From positions 1 to 60,638 of the forward strand of contig JAQCFD010000001.1 of the NCBI GenBank assembly GCA_027618305.1: a stretch of 60,638 bases of DNA, read 5' to 3'. The translations under genes were made by a program, and so were the position numbers. This DNA is from Pseudomonadota bacterium (GTDB taxonomy: Bacteria > Pseudomonadota > Alphaproteobacteria > UBA6615). Below the pieces are notes generated by a model. The model made no database searches. It worked only from the letters and a program-made list of their open reading frames with translations, and was not told the origin of the DNA. Numbering within the stretch: position 1 is the first letter of the stretch; each line of letters opens with the position of its first letter. Positions 20,235-30,895 of this stretch are shown here, one piece after another.

Positions 20235-22583
20235 CTACTTCTTCGCGCGCTTGCGTGGGCGTTTCGGTTTGGCGTCCGTTTCGCGGCGGATGGATTCGTA
20301 GGCGCCGAATGCCGAGGCGTTCACCAGTTCATTTACCGTCGCGTTCATGTGGACAATTTCGACAGGCTTTTCGAGCCCCATCAGCATCGGCCCCAACGCG
20401 GTGCCGACTTCGAGTGATTGCATCAAACGTGATGCGATATGCGCGGAGTGGAGCCCGGGCATGACCAGCACATTGGCGGGACCGGTCAGGCGGCTGAACG
20501 GGTAGTAGCGTTCGCGCAAATCGGAATCCAGCGCGATGTCGGGGGTCATCTCGCCTTCATATTCGAAGTCGGCATCGCCGCGCTCGTCGAGGACGCGAAC
20601 CGCCTCGCGTGACCGCTCCGTGAGGTCGAAGGGAGGGTTGCCGAAATTCGAGTAGCTGAGGAACGCGACCCGCGGCTCGCTGCCCATCTGTCGTGCCTTG
20701 GCCGCGGCCTGGGTCGCGATATCCGCCATCACCTCGGGTTCGGGCCGTTCATGGACGGAGGTGTCGGCGATGAAGAGCGTGCGGTTGCGCAACACATGCA
20801 TCGACAGCCCGAATATTTGCTCGCCCGGCACCGCGTCGAACACCCGCCGGACATCCTTGAAGCAGGTGTAGAAGCGGCGCGACAGGCCGGTGACCATGAC
20901 GTCGGCCGCCCCCAATGCGACCATGCAGGAGGCGAAGACATTGCGGTTCTGGTTCACGATGCGTGCGCAGTCCCGGTGCATCAGACCCTGGCGCTGCAGG
21001 CGGCCGTAGAGGAATTCGATATAGGCTTCGCGATCCTCGGCCAGGGCGGCGTTGTGGACGCGCAACTCCTCGATGCCGGTGATGCCGAGATCTTCGATGC
21101 GCCGGCGTACGACACTTTCACGGCCAATGAGAATGGGTTCGCCGAGCCCGGCATTGCGGAAAGCGATGGCCGCGCGAATCACCCGCTCGGATTCGCCTTC
21201 GGCAAAAACGACCCGGCGCGGGTTCGTGCGCACCGCTTCGAATGTCGCCTGAATCACCGACGAGGTCGGGTCGAGGCGCCGGGCCAGGGTTTGCCGGTAT
21301 TCCTCCATGTCTTCGATAGGTTTTCGCGCCACCCCGGAGTCCATCGCCGCCTGGGCAATGCGCGGCGGGATGAATTCGATCAGCCGGGGGTCGAACGGCA
21401 CCGGGATGATGTAGTCGGGCCCGTAGACCAGATGTTCGCCCGGATAGGCGGCGTCGACCTCGTCGGGCACGTCTTCGCGGGCCAGCTCGGCGAGGGCCTC
21501 GGCGCAGGCGATCTTCATCTCGTCATTGATGGTCCGCGCGCGCACGTCGAGTGCGCCACGGAAGATGTAGGGAAAGCCCAGCACATTGTTGACCTGGTTG
21601 GGATAGTCCGAGCGGCCCGTCGCGACGATGGCATCGTCGCGTACCGCCCTTACGTCTTCCGGGGTGATCTCCGGATCCGGATTGGCCATCGCGAAGATGA
21701 TGGGGTTCTTCGCCATCGATTTGACCATCTTCTTGGTCACCGATCCGGCGACGGACACGCCGAAAAACACATCCGCGCCGACCATGGCCTCTTCTAGGGT
21801 GCGCGCGTCGGTGGTCACCGCATGGGCCGATTTCCACTGGTTCATGCCGTCGGTCCGGCCCTGGTAGATCACGCCCCGGCTGTCACACAGAATGGCCTGC
21901 TCATGGGGCAAGCCCATCGCCTTGATCAATTCGATGCATGCGATGGCGGCCGCGCCGGCCCCGTTGACCACAAGCTTGATGTCCTTGATGTCGCGGTTGG
22001 TCAGATCGAGGGCATTGATCAGCCCGGCCAGGGACACGATGGCCGTGCCGTGCTGGTCGTCGTGGAAAACCGGGATGTCCATGGTCTCGCGCAGACGCTG
22101 CTCGATGATGAAGCATTCGGGTGCCTTGATGTCCTCGAGATTAATACCGCCGAATGTGGGCCGCAGGAGGCGCACACAGTTGATCACCTCGTCGACGTCC
22201 TCGCTCTCGACTTCGAGATCCATGGCGTCGATGTCGGCGAAGCGCTTGAACAGCACGGACTTGCCTTCCATCACCGGTTTGGACGCCAGCGCCCCGATAT
22301 TGCCCAGGCCGAGCACCGCGGTACCGTTCGAGATCACCGCGACCAGGTTGCCCCGCGCTGTGTAGTCGTAGGCGTCGTCCGGATTGGCGTGAATTTCCAC
22401 GCAGGGCGCCGCCACGCCGGGTGAATAAGCGAGCGACAGATCGCGCTGGGTGGTCAGTGGTTTCGTCGGGTTGATCTCGATTTTGCCCGGTTTTCCGGTC
22501 CTGTGCATGTGCAGGGAATCGATGTCGAGCTGGGACAGTTTGCGTTGTTCGCCCCTGGACTTATCAGCGGGTTTATCAGCCAT
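20235..22583 (-). CDS. maeB: NADP-dependent malic enzyme (malic enzyme plus PTA-like domain)
   Basis: 782 aa. LSLAYSPGVAAPC and VNGAGAAAIA motifs, and a C-terminal phosphate-acetyltransferase-like domain. Confidence 0.94.
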   Translation of the reverse strand: MADKPADKSRGEQRKLSQLDIDSLHMHRTGKPGKIEINPTKPLTTQRDLSLAYSPGVAAPCVEIHANPDDAYDYTARGNLVAVISNGTAVLGLGNIGALASKPVMEGKSVLFKRFADIDAMDLEVESEDVDEVINCVRLLRPTFGGINLEDIKAPECFIIEQRLRETMDIPVFHDDQHGTAIVSLAGLINALDLTNRDIKDIKLVVNGAGAAAIACIELIKAMGLPHEQAILCDSRGVIYQGRTDGMNQWKSAHAVTTDARTLEEAMVGADVFFGVSVAGSVTKKMVKSMAKNPIIFAMANPDPEITPEDVRAVRDDAIVATGRSDYPNQVNNVLGFPYIFRGALDVRARTINDEMKIACAEALAELAREDVPDEVDAAYPGEHLVYGPDYIIPVPFDPRLIEFIPPRIAQAAMDSGVARKPIEDMEEYRQTLARRLDPTSSVIQATFEAVRTNPRRVVFAEGESERVIRAAIAFRNAGLGEPILIGRESVVRRRIEDLGITGIEELRVHNAALAEDREAYIEFLYGRLQRQGLMHRDCARIVNQNRNVFASCMVALGAADVMVTGLSRRFYTCFKDVRRVFDAVPGEQIFGLSMHVLRNRTLFIADTSVHERPEPEVMADIATQAAAKARQMGSEPRVAFLSYSNFGNPPFDLTERSREAVRVLDERGDADFEYEGEMTPDIALDSDLRERYYPFSRLTGPANVLVMPGLHSAHIASRLMQSLEVGTALGPMLMGLEKPVEIVHMNATVNELVNASAFGAYESIRRETDAKPKRPRKRAKK

Positions 22584-22739
22584 GTCTCTCGCCAGTTATG
22601 TTTGCCAATACGCGATCCGTTGACGGAGCGTGAACCCTGTCCCCGTTGCGCGTCAAGCAACGCTGTCGCGAATACCGACCTTCGTGCGGTCTGGGGCTTT
22701 TGGCCGGGCCCTGTGCGGCGTATATGATGGGGTATCGCC

Positions 22740-25469
22740 ATGTCAGGTTCCGCCCCCGCCTCCGAAGACCCCATCAAGTCTGCCGCCGCCGCGTCGCCGA
22801 TGCTGGCCCAGTGGCATGCGGCCAAGGAATCCTATCCCGACTGCCTGTTGTTTTTCCGGATGGGCGATTTTTACGAGTTGTTTTTCGATGACGCCGTGGC
22901 CGCCGCCGCGTCGCTGGATATCGCGCTGACGTCGCGCGGGCAGCAGAATGGCGAGCCCGTGCCCATGGCCGGCGTTCCGGTGCATGCCGCCGAGCAGTAT
23001 CTGCCGCGTCTGATCCGCGCCGGGCACCGCGTCGCCGTGTGCGAACAGATGGAGGACCCGTCCGAGGCGAGGAAGCGCGGATCGAAATCGATCGTGCGCC
23101 GGGATGTCGTGCGGGTGATCACGCCCGGCACCCTGAGCGAAGACACGCTGCTGGACTCCCGGCGGCACAATTATCTCGCGGCCTGCGCGGATGTGCGCGG
23201 CGCGTTCGGGCTCGCCTGGCTCGACATGTCGACCGGCGAAGTCTGGATGCAGCCCATTCCCGCGGCGGGAGGTGTGAATCTGCTGGCGGCGGCCCTGGCC
23301 CGGGTCGCGCCGGGCGAAATCCTGGTGCCGGACCGGCTGCTTGACGCACCCGAGTTCCGGCCCCTGTGGGACGAGGTGCGCGACACGCTGACGCCGCTGC
23401 CCGCCAGCCGGTTTGATTCGGTGAACGCGGAAGCCCGGCTGACCGAGACCTATGGCGTGGGAACACTGGATGCCTTCGGCGAGCCCGGCCGTGCCGAGAT
23501 CGCGGCGGCCGGCGCGCTGTTCGATTATCTCGCCCTGACCCAGGTCGACCGGATGCCGCGCCTGTCCCGGCCGCGTCGCCTGCCGCCACCGGGCAGCGCG
23601 GGGGCAGTTATGGAAATCGACGCCGCGACCCGACGCAACCTCGAGCTGTCCCTGACCCTGTCGGGCGAACGCAAGGGATCTTTGCTCTCGGTGATTGATC
23701 GCACCATCACCGGCCCGGGTGCGCGGCTTCTGGCCGAGCGGCTGGCCGCACCGCTGACGGATGTCGCGGCGATCGAGGGCCGGCTCGACACGGTGGCGTA
23801 TCTGGTCGACGACGGCGCCGTGCGTGAGGATATTCGCGCGACCCTGCGGACGGCGCCGGATATGGAGCGCGCCTTGTCGCGGCTTGCGCTCGGCCGCGGT
23901 GGTCCGCGCGATCTGGCGGCGCTGCGCGCGGGCCTCGACGCCGCCGCGGTGTTACGCGGCTTCCTCGACGGCATGTCGGACGCACCTGGGGTTTTTCGCA
24001 TTGTCGCCGAGACGCTGGGCGACCACGGTGCGGTCGTCGGCCTGTTGAATGCGGCGCTCGCGGCCGATCTGCCGCTGGCCGCCCGCGATGGCGGTTTCAT
24101 CGCCAAGGGCTATTCGGCCGCGCTCGACGAACAATTGGTCCTGCGCGACGCGAGCCGGAAACTGATCGCCGGCCTGCAGGCCGATTATGTCGAGAAGACC
24201 GGGGTCGCCAACCTGAAGATCAAGCACAACAATGTGCTCGGCTATTTCGTCGAACTCGGTGCCGCTCATGCCGACCGGATCATGGACGATGGTAAGGAAG
24301 CGGCCGCCGAGAAATACGGCCTGATCCATCGCCAGACCATGGCAAACGTCGTGCGCTTCACGACGGTCGAGCTGTCCGAACTCGACGACAAGATCTCACG
24401 CGCCGGCGAACGTGCGCTCGCCATCGAACTCGAACTGTTCCAGACGCTGAGCGACGATGTGCTTGCCGGGGCCGATGATATCGCTGCCGCCGCGCGGGCC
24501 TTGGCCGAGCTGGATGTTGCGGCGGCCCTGGCCGAGCTCGCGGTGGGCGCGCGGTTCACCCGCCCGGTCCTGTCCGATGACCATGTGTTTCAGGTCAGCG
24601 GCGGGCGTCACCCGGTGGTCGAGGCGATGCTTGATGACGGGCCCGGTGCCTTCGTCGCCAACGACTGCGACCTGTCGGGGGAAGACCCGGCGGCGGGGCG
24701 GTTATGGCTCGTCACCGGCCCGAACATGGCGGGCAAGTCGACATTTCTTCGGCAGAACGCCCTGATCGCCATTCTCGCCCAGATCGGCGCCTTCGTCCCG
24801 GCCGCTGCGGCCCATATCGGGGTGGTGGACCGGCTGTTCAGCCGGGTCGGCGCGGCCGATGATCTGGCGCGCGGCCGTTCGACCTTCATGGTCGAGATGG
24901 TCGAGACCGCGGCGATCCTCAATCAGGCCGGCCCGCGTGCGCTGGTCATCCTCGATGAAATCGGGCGCGGTACCGCGACCTTTGACGGGCTGTCGATTGC
25001 CTGGGCGACGGTCGAACATCTGCACGACCAGAATCGCTGTCGGACATTGTTTGCCACCCATTTCCATGAGCTCACCCGGCTCGTAGCACGCCTGTCCGAC
25101 ATGTCGTGCCACACGATGCGGGTGAAGGAATGGAACGACGATATTATTTTCCTGCACGAGGTCGGGCCGGGTGCCGCAGACCGGTCCTACGGAATCCATG
25201 TGGGTAAGCTCGCCGGGCTGCCGCCCGCTGTGGTGGGCCGCGCCGAAGAAGTCTTGCGTCTGCTTGAGGCGGGCGACCAGGCCGGGGCCCTGACCCGCCT
25301 GGCTGATGATCTGCCGTTGTTCCAGGCCGCGGTTGCGGGCGCCCGCACCCCCGCGACAAAGGCCGCCGACCCGGTCCGGGAAATCCTGTCGTCGGTCAGT
25401 CCCGACGAGCTCACGCCAAAGACGGCACTGGAGCTGCTCTACCGCCTGAAAGCCGCGCTGGATGATTGA
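22740..25469 (+). CDS. mutS: DNA mismatch repair protein MutS
   Basis: 909 aa. [33 protein letters not shown], Walker [10 protein letters not shown], and [12 protein letters not shown]. Confidence 0.97.
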   Translation: MSGSAPASEDPIKSAAAASPMLAQWHAAKESYPDCLLFFRMGDFYELFFDDAVAAAASLDIALTSRGQQNGEPVPMAGVPVHAAEQYLPRLIRAGHRVAVCEQMEDPSEARKRGSKSIVRRDVVRVITPGTLSEDTLLDSRRHNYLAACADVRGAFGLAWLDMSTGEVWMQPIPAAGGVNLLAAALARVAPGEILVPDRLLDAPEFRPLWDEVRDTLTPLPASRFDSVNAEARLTETYGVGTLDAFGEPGRAEIAAAGALFDYLALTQVDRMPRLSRPRRLPPPGSAGAVMEIDAATRRNLELSLTLSGERKGSLLSVIDRTITGPGARLLAERLAAPLTDVAAIEGRLDTVAYLVDDGAVREDIRATLRTAPDMERALSRLALGRGGPRDLAALRAGLDAAAVLRGFLDGMSDAPGVFRIVAETLGDHGAVVGLLNAALAADLPLAARDGGFIAKGYSAALDEQLVLRDASRKLIAGLQADYVEKTGVANLKIKHNNVLGYFVELGAAHADRIMDDGKEAAAEKYGLIHRQTMANVVRFTTVELSELDDKISRAGERALAIELELFQTLSDDVLAGADDIAAAARALAELDVAAALAELAVGARFTRPVLSDDHVFQVSGGRHPVVEAMLDDGPGAFVANDCDLSGEDPAAGRLWLVTGPNMAGKSTFLRQNALIAILAQIGAFVPAAAAHIGVVDRLFSRVGAADDLARGRSTFMVEMVETAAILNQAGPRALVILDEIGRGTATFDGLSIAWATVEHLHDQNRCRTLFATHFHELTRLVARLSDMSCHTMRVKEWNDDIIFLHEVGPGAADRSYGIHVGKLAGLPPAVVGRAEEVLRLLEAGDQAGALTRLADDLPLFQAAVAGARTPATKAADPVREILSSVSPDELTPKTALELLYRLKAALDD

Positions 25470-25521
25470 TCTTCTCGTTCGCGGTCTGGCGCTTGCCGGT
25501 TTTGGGGCCGTGGGCGACGTG

Positions 25522-26733
25522 ATGCGCCATCGCAGCTTCCGGATTTACCTGATCGGGCATATCCCCAATGTCGTCGGCACCTGGGTCGTGCGCATTTCGA
25601 TCAGCTGGCTGGCGTGGGAGCTGACCAAATCCGGATTCTGGGTCGGGGCCGTTGCCGCCGCGGATGCGTTGCCGGGGCTTTTGTTGGGCCCGATCGGCGG
25701 CGTGATGGCCGACCGGATGGACCGGCGGAAGATCGCCATTGCCACCCAGGTCGGCCTGGTCGTGATCTCGATTTTGCTGACGATATTTACCTTCGCCGGC
25801 CTGATGACAATCTGGCTTCTCCTGGCCATGGCCCTCGCGCGGGGAATCACCTTCTCGTTCTGGCAACCCGTGCGACTGGCGCTGATGCCGAACCTTGTGC
25901 CGCGGTCGGAGATTTCGACGGCCATCGCGCTCAACTCGTCGACTTTCAATGCTGCCCAATTTGTTGGCCCCGCGCTCGCGGCCGTTCTCCTGCCGCTGGG
26001 CGGGCCGGGGCTCGCCTTCTTCGTCAATGTTTTTGCAGGCGGCGCCATGGTCTGGGCGCTGGTGACGATCGATGTGCCCTTTCAGGCCGACAGCAAGGCG
26101 ACACACGGGACGTTCCTTGGCGATGCCGTCGCCGGCATCCGATACGGCGCATCCCATCCCGGGATCGGACCCATGCTGCTGCTTCTGATGGCGCTGGGCA
26201 CGATGATAAGGCCGCTGACCGAATTATTGTCCGCGCTGGCCGGTTCCGTGTTCCTGCTCGATGTCACAGGGTTCTCGGTCATGGCGTCGGCGCTCGGTGT
26301 CGGCGCTATGTCGGGCGCCGTCTGGATGCTGCGGCGGGGCAACAAGGACGGCATCACCGAGATCGCACTTCTGACGGGTCTGATCGGCGGGGTCGCGGCG
26401 TTCGTGATCGTCAACCTGATCTGGTTGCCGTCCGCCCTGGTCTGTCTCGCGGTGCTGGGCTTTTCCTTGACCAGCGGTGGCATCGCCATCCAGCAGGTTG
26501 TCCAGTTCGCCGTACCCGATGAAATACGCGGGCGTGTCCTGAGTCTGTTCGGCATGATTTTCAGATCTGGTCCGGCGCTCGGCGCACTGGCCATGGGACG
26601 AATCGGCGATGTGGTCGGGCTGGGCTGGCCCGTTTCTGTCGGGTCTCTCCTGGGCCTGGCGATCTACGTCTATGCATATTTGCGGCGGGCCCGTTTGCGC
26701 GCGGCGCTGGAGGCGGAGCCCCGCGCCGGGTAG
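25522..26733 (+). CDS. MFS transporter
   Basis: Within ORF 25462..26733. 12-TM-type hydrophobic profile. Start placed at MRHRSFRIYLIG (ATG 25522). The alternative ATG 25462 overlaps the mutS stop (ATGATTGA). Confidence 0.8.
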   Translation: MRHRSFRIYLIGHIPNVVGTWVVRISISWLAWELTKSGFWVGAVAAADALPGLLLGPIGGVMADRMDRRKIAIATQVGLVVISILLTIFTFAGLMTIWLLLAMALARGITFSFWQPVRLALMPNLVPRSEISTAIALNSSTFNAAQFVGPALAAVLLPLGGPGLAFFVNVFAGGAMVWALVTIDVPFQADSKATHGTFLGDAVAGIRYGASHPGIGPMLLLLMALGTMIRPLTELLSALAGSVFLLDVTGFSVMASALGVGAMSGAVWMLRRGNKDGITEIALLTGLIGGVAAFVIVNLIWLPSALVCLAVLGFSLTSGGIAIQQVVQFAVPDEIRGRVLSLFGMIFRSGPALGALAMGRIGDVVGLGWPVSVGSLLGLAIYVYAYLRRARLRAALEAEPRAG

Positions 26734-26814
26734 GGTGATTCGCTCACCATTCGTTGGCGTGATCCAAGCGCTGCCATATTCATTCCGCCGCTAACAGTGT
26801 AAAACGACGCGGAC

Positions 26815-29571
26815 ATGTCCACGCGAAAACGAAAACGCGATGTGATTGACCGGGCGGCGCTCGAGGCCCGGATCGAGGACGCATGCGCCGACATTGCCAC
26901 CGCGCCCGAACGCCGCCGGATCACCCTCGATCTCGTCAAGGCCGGGATCGAGGAGGGCCGTACGCAGGTACAGACACGGTTCGAGGCCGTGGAGATTGAC
27001 GGCAATGCGGCGAAGGGCGAACTCGCCTTCCTGTTTGATCAGGTGCTGCGGATTGTTCACGACGCCGCGTTGCGTGAATATCCCTCGGCCAACCCGACAG
27101 CGACGGACCGGATGGCGGTCGTGGCCGTGGGCGGATATGGCCGTGGTGAACTCGCACCATTCTCGGATATCGATCTGCTGTTTCTGTTCCCCTGGAAGCA
27201 GACGGCCCATGGCGAGCAGATCGTTGAGTATATTCTCTACTTCCTCTGGGACCTGGGGCTGAAGGTTGGGCACTCGACCCGGTCTATCGACGATTGTGTA
27301 CGTCTCGCCAAAAGCGATCTGACCATCCGCACCGCGCTTCTCGAGGCGCGTTATCTCTGGGGCGACCAGGATCTGTTTCTGGAGTTGCGCAAGACGTTCC
27401 GCGATCAGGTGATCTCCGGTGCGGCGATGGATTTCGTGAAGGGAAAACTCGACGAACGCGACTCCCGCCACGATAAGATGGGGGACAGCCGGTATTACGT
27501 CGAGCCGAACATCAAGGACGGCAAGGGCGGGCTCCGGGATCTCCAGACCCTCTACTGGATCGCCAAGTTTGCGTATGAGGTCGACAGTGTGAGCGATCTG
27601 GTCGCGCGCGGCGTGCTGACGAAAGCCGAAGCGCGCAATTTCGCGAAGGACCAGAATTTCCTCTGGAGCGTCAGATTCCACCTGCACTATCTGTCGGGGC
27701 GCCCCGAAGAGCGGCTGACCTTCGATGTGCAGACGCCGATTTCGCAGCGCATGGGCTATGCGGACCGGGAGGGGGCGTCCGGCGTCGAGCGCTTCATGAA
27801 GCATTATTATATCGTGGCGAAAGATGTCGGGGATCTGACCCGGATCTTCTGCGCTGCGATCGAGGCGGAGAATATGAGCCGGCCGATAATTCGGCTGCCG
27901 CGCCTGCGCCGTCCGCGCGACCTGATGGGGTTCACAACCGACCGCGACCGGCTGACCGTTGCGGATGATGAGCAGTTCGAACATGATCCGGTCGCCATGA
28001 TCCGGCTTTTCTATGTGGCCCATAACGAGGGGCTGGATATTCATCCCTATGCGCTGCGTCTCGTGACGCAGAATTTGAAGCGGATCGACAAGGATGTCCG
28101 GGAAGACCCGGAGGCGAACCGGATGTTTGTCGAGATGGCCACGTCGATCGATTCACCCGAACGGGCGCTTACGCGGATGAACGAGGCGGGTGTGTTCGGC
28201 CGCTTCCTGCGGGACTTCGGGCGCGTCGTGGGGCAGACCCAGCACGACATGTATCACGTGTACACGGTGGACGAGCACACGATCCAGGCGATCGGCCTGC
28301 TCGCCAAAATCGAACGCGGCGAGCTGAAGCAGGATCATCCTGTCGCGACCGAGGTGATTCATAAAATCGGCTCGCGGCGCGCGCTCTATCTGGGGGTTTT
28401 GTTCCACGACATCGCCAAGGGCCGTGGCGGCGATCACTCCGTGCTCGGCGCGCGCGTGGCGAAACGGAATTGTCCGCGTCTGGGCCTCGACGCCGAGGAA
28501 AGCGAGACGGTGGAGTGGCTGGTGCGCGAACATCTCGGGATGAGCGACGTCGCGCAGAAACGTGATCTCAACGACAGCAAAACCATTCTGGATTTTGTCG
28601 ACCAGGTCCAGTCGCCCGAGCGCCTGCGCCTGCTCCTGTGCCTGACGGTCGTCGACATGCGCGCGACGGGCCCCAATGTGTGGAACAACTGGAAGGCCGA
28701 GTTGCTGCGCGAGCTGTATCACGCGGCCGAAGATGTGATGTCGGGCGGGCAGCGCACGAACGCGCGCGGCGCGCGCATTGAAGCGGCCAAACATGCCCTG
28801 CGCGAAGCGCTTGCCGATTGGTCGGATAAAGATATCGCGGCGCAGTTCGACCGGGGCTACCCCGGCTATTGGCTGACATTCGACACGGAGACACTCGCCC
28901 ATCAGGCCCGCCTGATGCGGGCGGCCGAGCAGGAGAAGCTCCCGCTTTCGATCCGCACGCGGGTGCGGGCCGATATCGATGTCACCGAGCTCACGGTCTA
29001 CACCCAGGACCATCCGGGCCTGTTCTCGCGGATCACCGGGGCCATCTCGGCGGCCGATGCGAATATCGTCGACGCCAAGGTTTTCACCACGCCGCAAGGC
29101 ATGGCGCTGGATACCTTCTGGTTGCAGGACCGGGATGACACGGCCCTGTCTGCCTCGGGCGCGCTGGCCAAGCTCACGGTTCAGATCGAGCGTGCCTTTG
29201 CCGGTAAGATGGACCGCTCGGAGCCGGAGAAGGCGCGGACATTCGCTCCGGCACGCACCAGGGTCTTCACCGTGGCCCCGCGCGTGATCGTCGACAATCA
29301 GGCGAGTGCGACCCATACTGTGATCGAGATCAACGGCCGAGACCGCCCGGGTTTCCTCTATGTGGTCACGCGTGCGCTCTATGACCTGTCGCTGCAAATC
29401 TCGTCGGCGAAAATCTCGACCTTCGGCGAGCGCGCGGTCGACGTCTTCTATGTTAAAGACGGGTTCGGCATGAAGGTCAGCCACGAGGGACGGATCGCGG
29501 CAATCCGCGAACGCCTGCTCGCGGCGATCCGTGAAGAGGATAGCGCCGTGTCGCAGACGGCAGCCGAGTAA
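26815..29571 (+). CDS. glnD: [Protein-PII] uridylyltransferase / uridylyl-removing enzyme GlnD
   Basis: 918 aa. Nucleotidyltransferase motif GGYGRGELAPFSDIDLLF, HD domain (LFHDIAKG), and two C-terminal ACT-like domains. Confidence 0.95.
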   Translation: MSTRKRKRDVIDRAALEARIEDACADIATAPERRRITLDLVKAGIEEGRTQVQTRFEAVEIDGNAAKGELAFLFDQVLRIVHDAALREYPSANPTATDRMAVVAVGGYGRGELAPFSDIDLLFLFPWKQTAHGEQIVEYILYFLWDLGLKVGHSTRSIDDCVRLAKSDLTIRTALLEARYLWGDQDLFLELRKTFRDQVISGAAMDFVKGKLDERDSRHDKMGDSRYYVEPNIKDGKGGLRDLQTLYWIAKFAYEVDSVSDLVARGVLTKAEARNFAKDQNFLWSVRFHLHYLSGRPEERLTFDVQTPISQRMGYADREGASGVERFMKHYYIVAKDVGDLTRIFCAAIEAENMSRPIIRLPRLRRPRDLMGFTTDRDRLTVADDEQFEHDPVAMIRLFYVAHNEGLDIHPYALRLVTQNLKRIDKDVREDPEANRMFVEMATSIDSPERALTRMNEAGVFGRFLRDFGRVVGQTQHDMYHVYTVDEHTIQAIGLLAKIERGELKQDHPVATEVIHKIGSRRALYLGVLFHDIAKGRGGDHSVLGARVAKRNCPRLGLDAEESETVEWLVREHLGMSDVAQKRDLNDSKTILDFVDQVQSPERLRLLLCLTVVDMRATGPNVWNNWKAELLRELYHAAEDVMSGGQRTNARGARIEAAKHALREALADWSDKDIAAQFDRGYPGYWLTFDTETLAHQARLMRAAEQEKLPLSIRTRVRADIDVTELTVYTQDHPGLFSRITGAISAADANIVDAKVFTTPQGMALDTFWLQDRDDTALSASGALAKLTVQIERAFAGKMDRSEPEKARTFAPARTRVFTVAPRVIVDNQASATHTVIEINGRDRPGFLYVVTRALYDLSLQISSAKISTFGERAVDVFYVKDGFGMKVSHEGRIAAIRERLLAAIREEDSAVSQTAAE

Positions 29572-29604
29572 AGCCCAGAAAAAAACAGACCGGCGTACGT
29601 AAAG

Positions 29605-30843
29605 ATGAAGTCCGTATTGTTTGCCGTCGCGGCGCTCCTGACCGGCGTTTTGCTGCTCATGCTCGGGAGCGGTCTGCAGGGGACGTTGCTCGGCATTCGC
29701 GGCGCGATGGAAGGCTTCTCGCGGGTCGAGATCGGCCTGATGATGTCAGCCTATTATGCGGGGTTTGCGATTGCCTGCCTGTTCGGCGGCCGCATCATCG
29801 AACGGGTCGGTCATATCCGCGCCTTCGCCGTGTTCACGGGGGTCGCCTCGGCAGCGGCCGTCGTTCATGCCGTGATGGTCGATCCGTATTCCTGGATTGT
29901 TTTGCGGGTGGTGACCGGGGCGTGCTTTGCCGCCCTCTACATGGTGATCGAGAGCTGGTTGAACGGCCAGGTCACCAACGAACGCCGTGGCACGGTGATG
30001 GGGGTCTACATGATCGTCAATTTGGCGGGCATGGCGGCTGCGCAGCAGCTTCTCCTCCTGTCGGATCCGGGCGGTTTCGAACTGTTTGTATTGTCGTCTG
30101 TGCTGTTTTCACTCGCCGTTGTGCCCATCGCGCTGACGACATCGACCTTGCCCGCGCCAATTCCGACCGAACGCATGGGCCTGAGGGAGCTTTACGCCGT
30201 ATCGCCCCTCAGCGTTGTCGGCGCATTGGGGATCGGACTGTCGAACGGCGCTCTGTGGGGCCTGGTTCCTCTGGCCGCCATCAATTTCGGATTTACCACC
30301 TCGGATGTGGCCCTGTTGATGAGCCTCATCATCCTCGGCGGCGTTGTGTTCCAGTGGCCGACAGGTTGGGCGTCCGACCGCATGGACCGGCGGGCCGTGA
30401 TCGCGGCGGCCTGTGGGTTGCTGGTCGTGACATGCGTGGGTCTGTTTCTGACATCTGGTGGGGAGGCCGGCGCTTTTCTGGCCGTCAGCTTCGTCTTTGG
30501 CGGGATGACTATGGTGATTTATCCGTTGTGTTCCGCCCATTTGAACGATCGCATCTCGGAGACAGACAGGGTCAGGGCGAGCGCCGCGATGCTGCTCGTG
30601 CTCGGTTTCGGCGCCGTGATCGGGCCGCTGCTCGGGGCCCTCGCCATGCGGTATCTCGGCGATTCGGGGTTGTTCGTCTACATCGCAGCGGTTGGGACCG
30701 TGCTCTTCGTCTTTGTGTTGTTGCGCATGCGCGATCAACCGCCTGTGCCGAGCGAGGACCAGTCATGGTTCGCGCCGGTTATTCCGTCTCCTGCGTCGAA
30801 CCTGATGGATCCTCGTATCGACCCCGACGAGGTCGATCGCTGA
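29605..30843 (+). CDS. MFS transporter
   Basis: 412 aa with a 12-TM-type profile. Substrate cannot be inferred. Confidence 0.8.
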   Translation: MKSVLFAVAALLTGVLLLMLGSGLQGTLLGIRGAMEGFSRVEIGLMMSAYYAGFAIACLFGGRIIERVGHIRAFAVFTGVASAAAVVHAVMVDPYSWIVLRVVTGACFAALYMVIESWLNGQVTNERRGTVMGVYMIVNLAGMAAAQQLLLLSDPGGFELFVLSSVLFSLAVVPIALTTSTLPAPIPTERMGLRELYAVSPLSVVGALGIGLSNGALWGLVPLAAINFGFTTSDVALLMSLIILGGVVFQWPTGWASDRMDRRAVIAAACGLLVVTCVGLFLTSGGEAGAFLAVSFVFGGMTMVIYPLCSAHLNDRISETDRVRASAAMLLVLGFGAVIGPLLGALAMRYLGDSGLFVYIAAVGTVLFVFVLLRMRDQPPVPSEDQSWFAPVIPSPASNLMDPRIDPDEVDR

Positions 30844-30895
30844 TATCAGGTTTGTCCGCCTTTCCTTCGCCCCGGTTTCCCGTTAAGAGCGCTGC

